A stretch of DNA of 33,533 nucleotides from Cytophagales bacterium (GTDB taxonomy: Bacteria > Bacteroidota > Bacteroidia > Cytophagales > Cyclobacteriaceae), in assembly GCA_038251495.1 (NCBI GenBank), contig JBBSBG010000001.1:1-33533 (forward strand), given 5' to 3'. Both the position numbers and the translations under genes were made by a program. The first letter of the stretch is position 1. Every line of letters begins with the position of its first letter. This document shows positions 32,742-33,533 of this stretch, piece by piece. The notes beneath the pieces were generated by a model. It did not search any database and had not been told where the DNA came from. It saw only the letters and a list, made by a program, of their open reading frames with translations.

Positions 32742-33533
32742 TTATTTAGGCAAGGCAATTTGATATGACTTGCCTTTTTTTACACTTAGCTTATTCTGTC
32801 TAAGCCATGGGTTGTGGCGTTTCAAAATTTTATAGTTGTATCCATGATTTTTTGAAAACGCTACTAGATCATGAATACTTTCAGTTATTTCAATCTCTTT
32901 TAGTGGCTCTGGCTGATAGAAATGATCTTCATTAATTTTAAATCCATACTTGGCGGGATTTTCAAAAATTTCTTTGATTGCCAAAATCCGAAATACATAG
33001 CGACTGGTTTCCATATTCAAAAGCGCATCATAATAATTATCAACTTTCTGATCTTCTAAATCACTGCGAACTCCGGCAACTCCACGATTGTAGGATGCGG
33101 CCACTAAAGTCCAGTTTTTAAATTTGGAATATGATGTCCTTAGATATTTACAAGCGGCTTCCGTAGACCGAATCGGGTCATAGCGTTCGTCAACTTCTTT
33201 GGTAATTTCTAGTCCTAATTCTTTACCTGCTGGTTCACGGATTTGCCAATAGCCAACTGCATTCTTGGGCGATACATCATTTAACAATCCACTTTCAATT
33301 AACGGCAGATATTTAAAATCTTCAGGAATATTATTTGCCTTAAGAATTTCAGTAATGCGAGGCAACCAACGATTAGCGCGCTTCAACAAAAAAAGTGTAC
33401 TGCTCTGCAGGTAAATGTTTACCTGTAGCTCGCGATCGAGGCGTTCCATTACATCCGGTATTTGCAGCGGCACAGGTTCGCCAGCAAAGGAAATTTGCTT
33501 TGGTAGGTCGTAAGAAACTGCGAGGAAAGGTTG
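32742..33533 (-). CDS. Lytic murein transglycosylase (SLT/MltD-like), 5' end beyond the window
   Basis: LPLIESG, AVGYWQ, VDERYDP, AASYNRG and ETSRYV. The frame stays open to the right edge (QPFLAVSYDLPKQISFAGEPVPLQ). Confidence 0.92.
   Translation of the reverse strand, partial: QPFLAVSYDLPKQISFAGEPVPLQIPDVMERLDRELQVNIYLQSSTLFLLKRANRWLPRITEILKANNIPEDFKYLPLIESGLLNDVSPKNAVGYWQIREPAGKELGLEITKEVDERYDPIRSTEAACKYLRTSYSKFKNWTLVAASYNRGVAGVRSDLEDQKVDNYYDALLNMETSRYVFRILAIKEIFENPAKYGFKINEDHFYQPEPLKEIEITESIHDLVAFSKNHGYNYKILKRHNPWLRQNKLSVKKGKSYQIALPK

Overview
AT-rich Bacteroidota chromosome segment, probably Cytophagales, judged from TAnnTTTG promoter elements and the nusB-ytxH-DUF1573-yajC-ybbR-coaE gene order. 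Most of it is housekeeping: a DEAD-box helicase cut by the left edge and missed by the ORF track, pyrC, tRNA-His, dxs, scpA, an RND efflux operon, coaE, yajC, nusB, truA, a thiolase and tpx. Three parts stand out. (1) At the right end, a co-oriented cluster encodes an AhpD/CMD-like protein, an ArsS-type radical SAM enzyme, a creatininase-family hydrolase, a trimeric-type nucleoside phosphorylase with Asp in place of the canonical Asn (adenine-type specificity), and an LpxL-like acyltransferase. This is a candidate arsenosugar or modified-adenosine pathway. (2) A secreted amidohydrolase gene overlaps two different toxin-antitoxin modules, both showing signs of decay. (3) Two complementary halves of a heterodimeric ABC exporter lie on opposite strands. 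Several distinct REP-like intergenic repeats are also present. All calls come from motif reading and recall of families; no searches were run.
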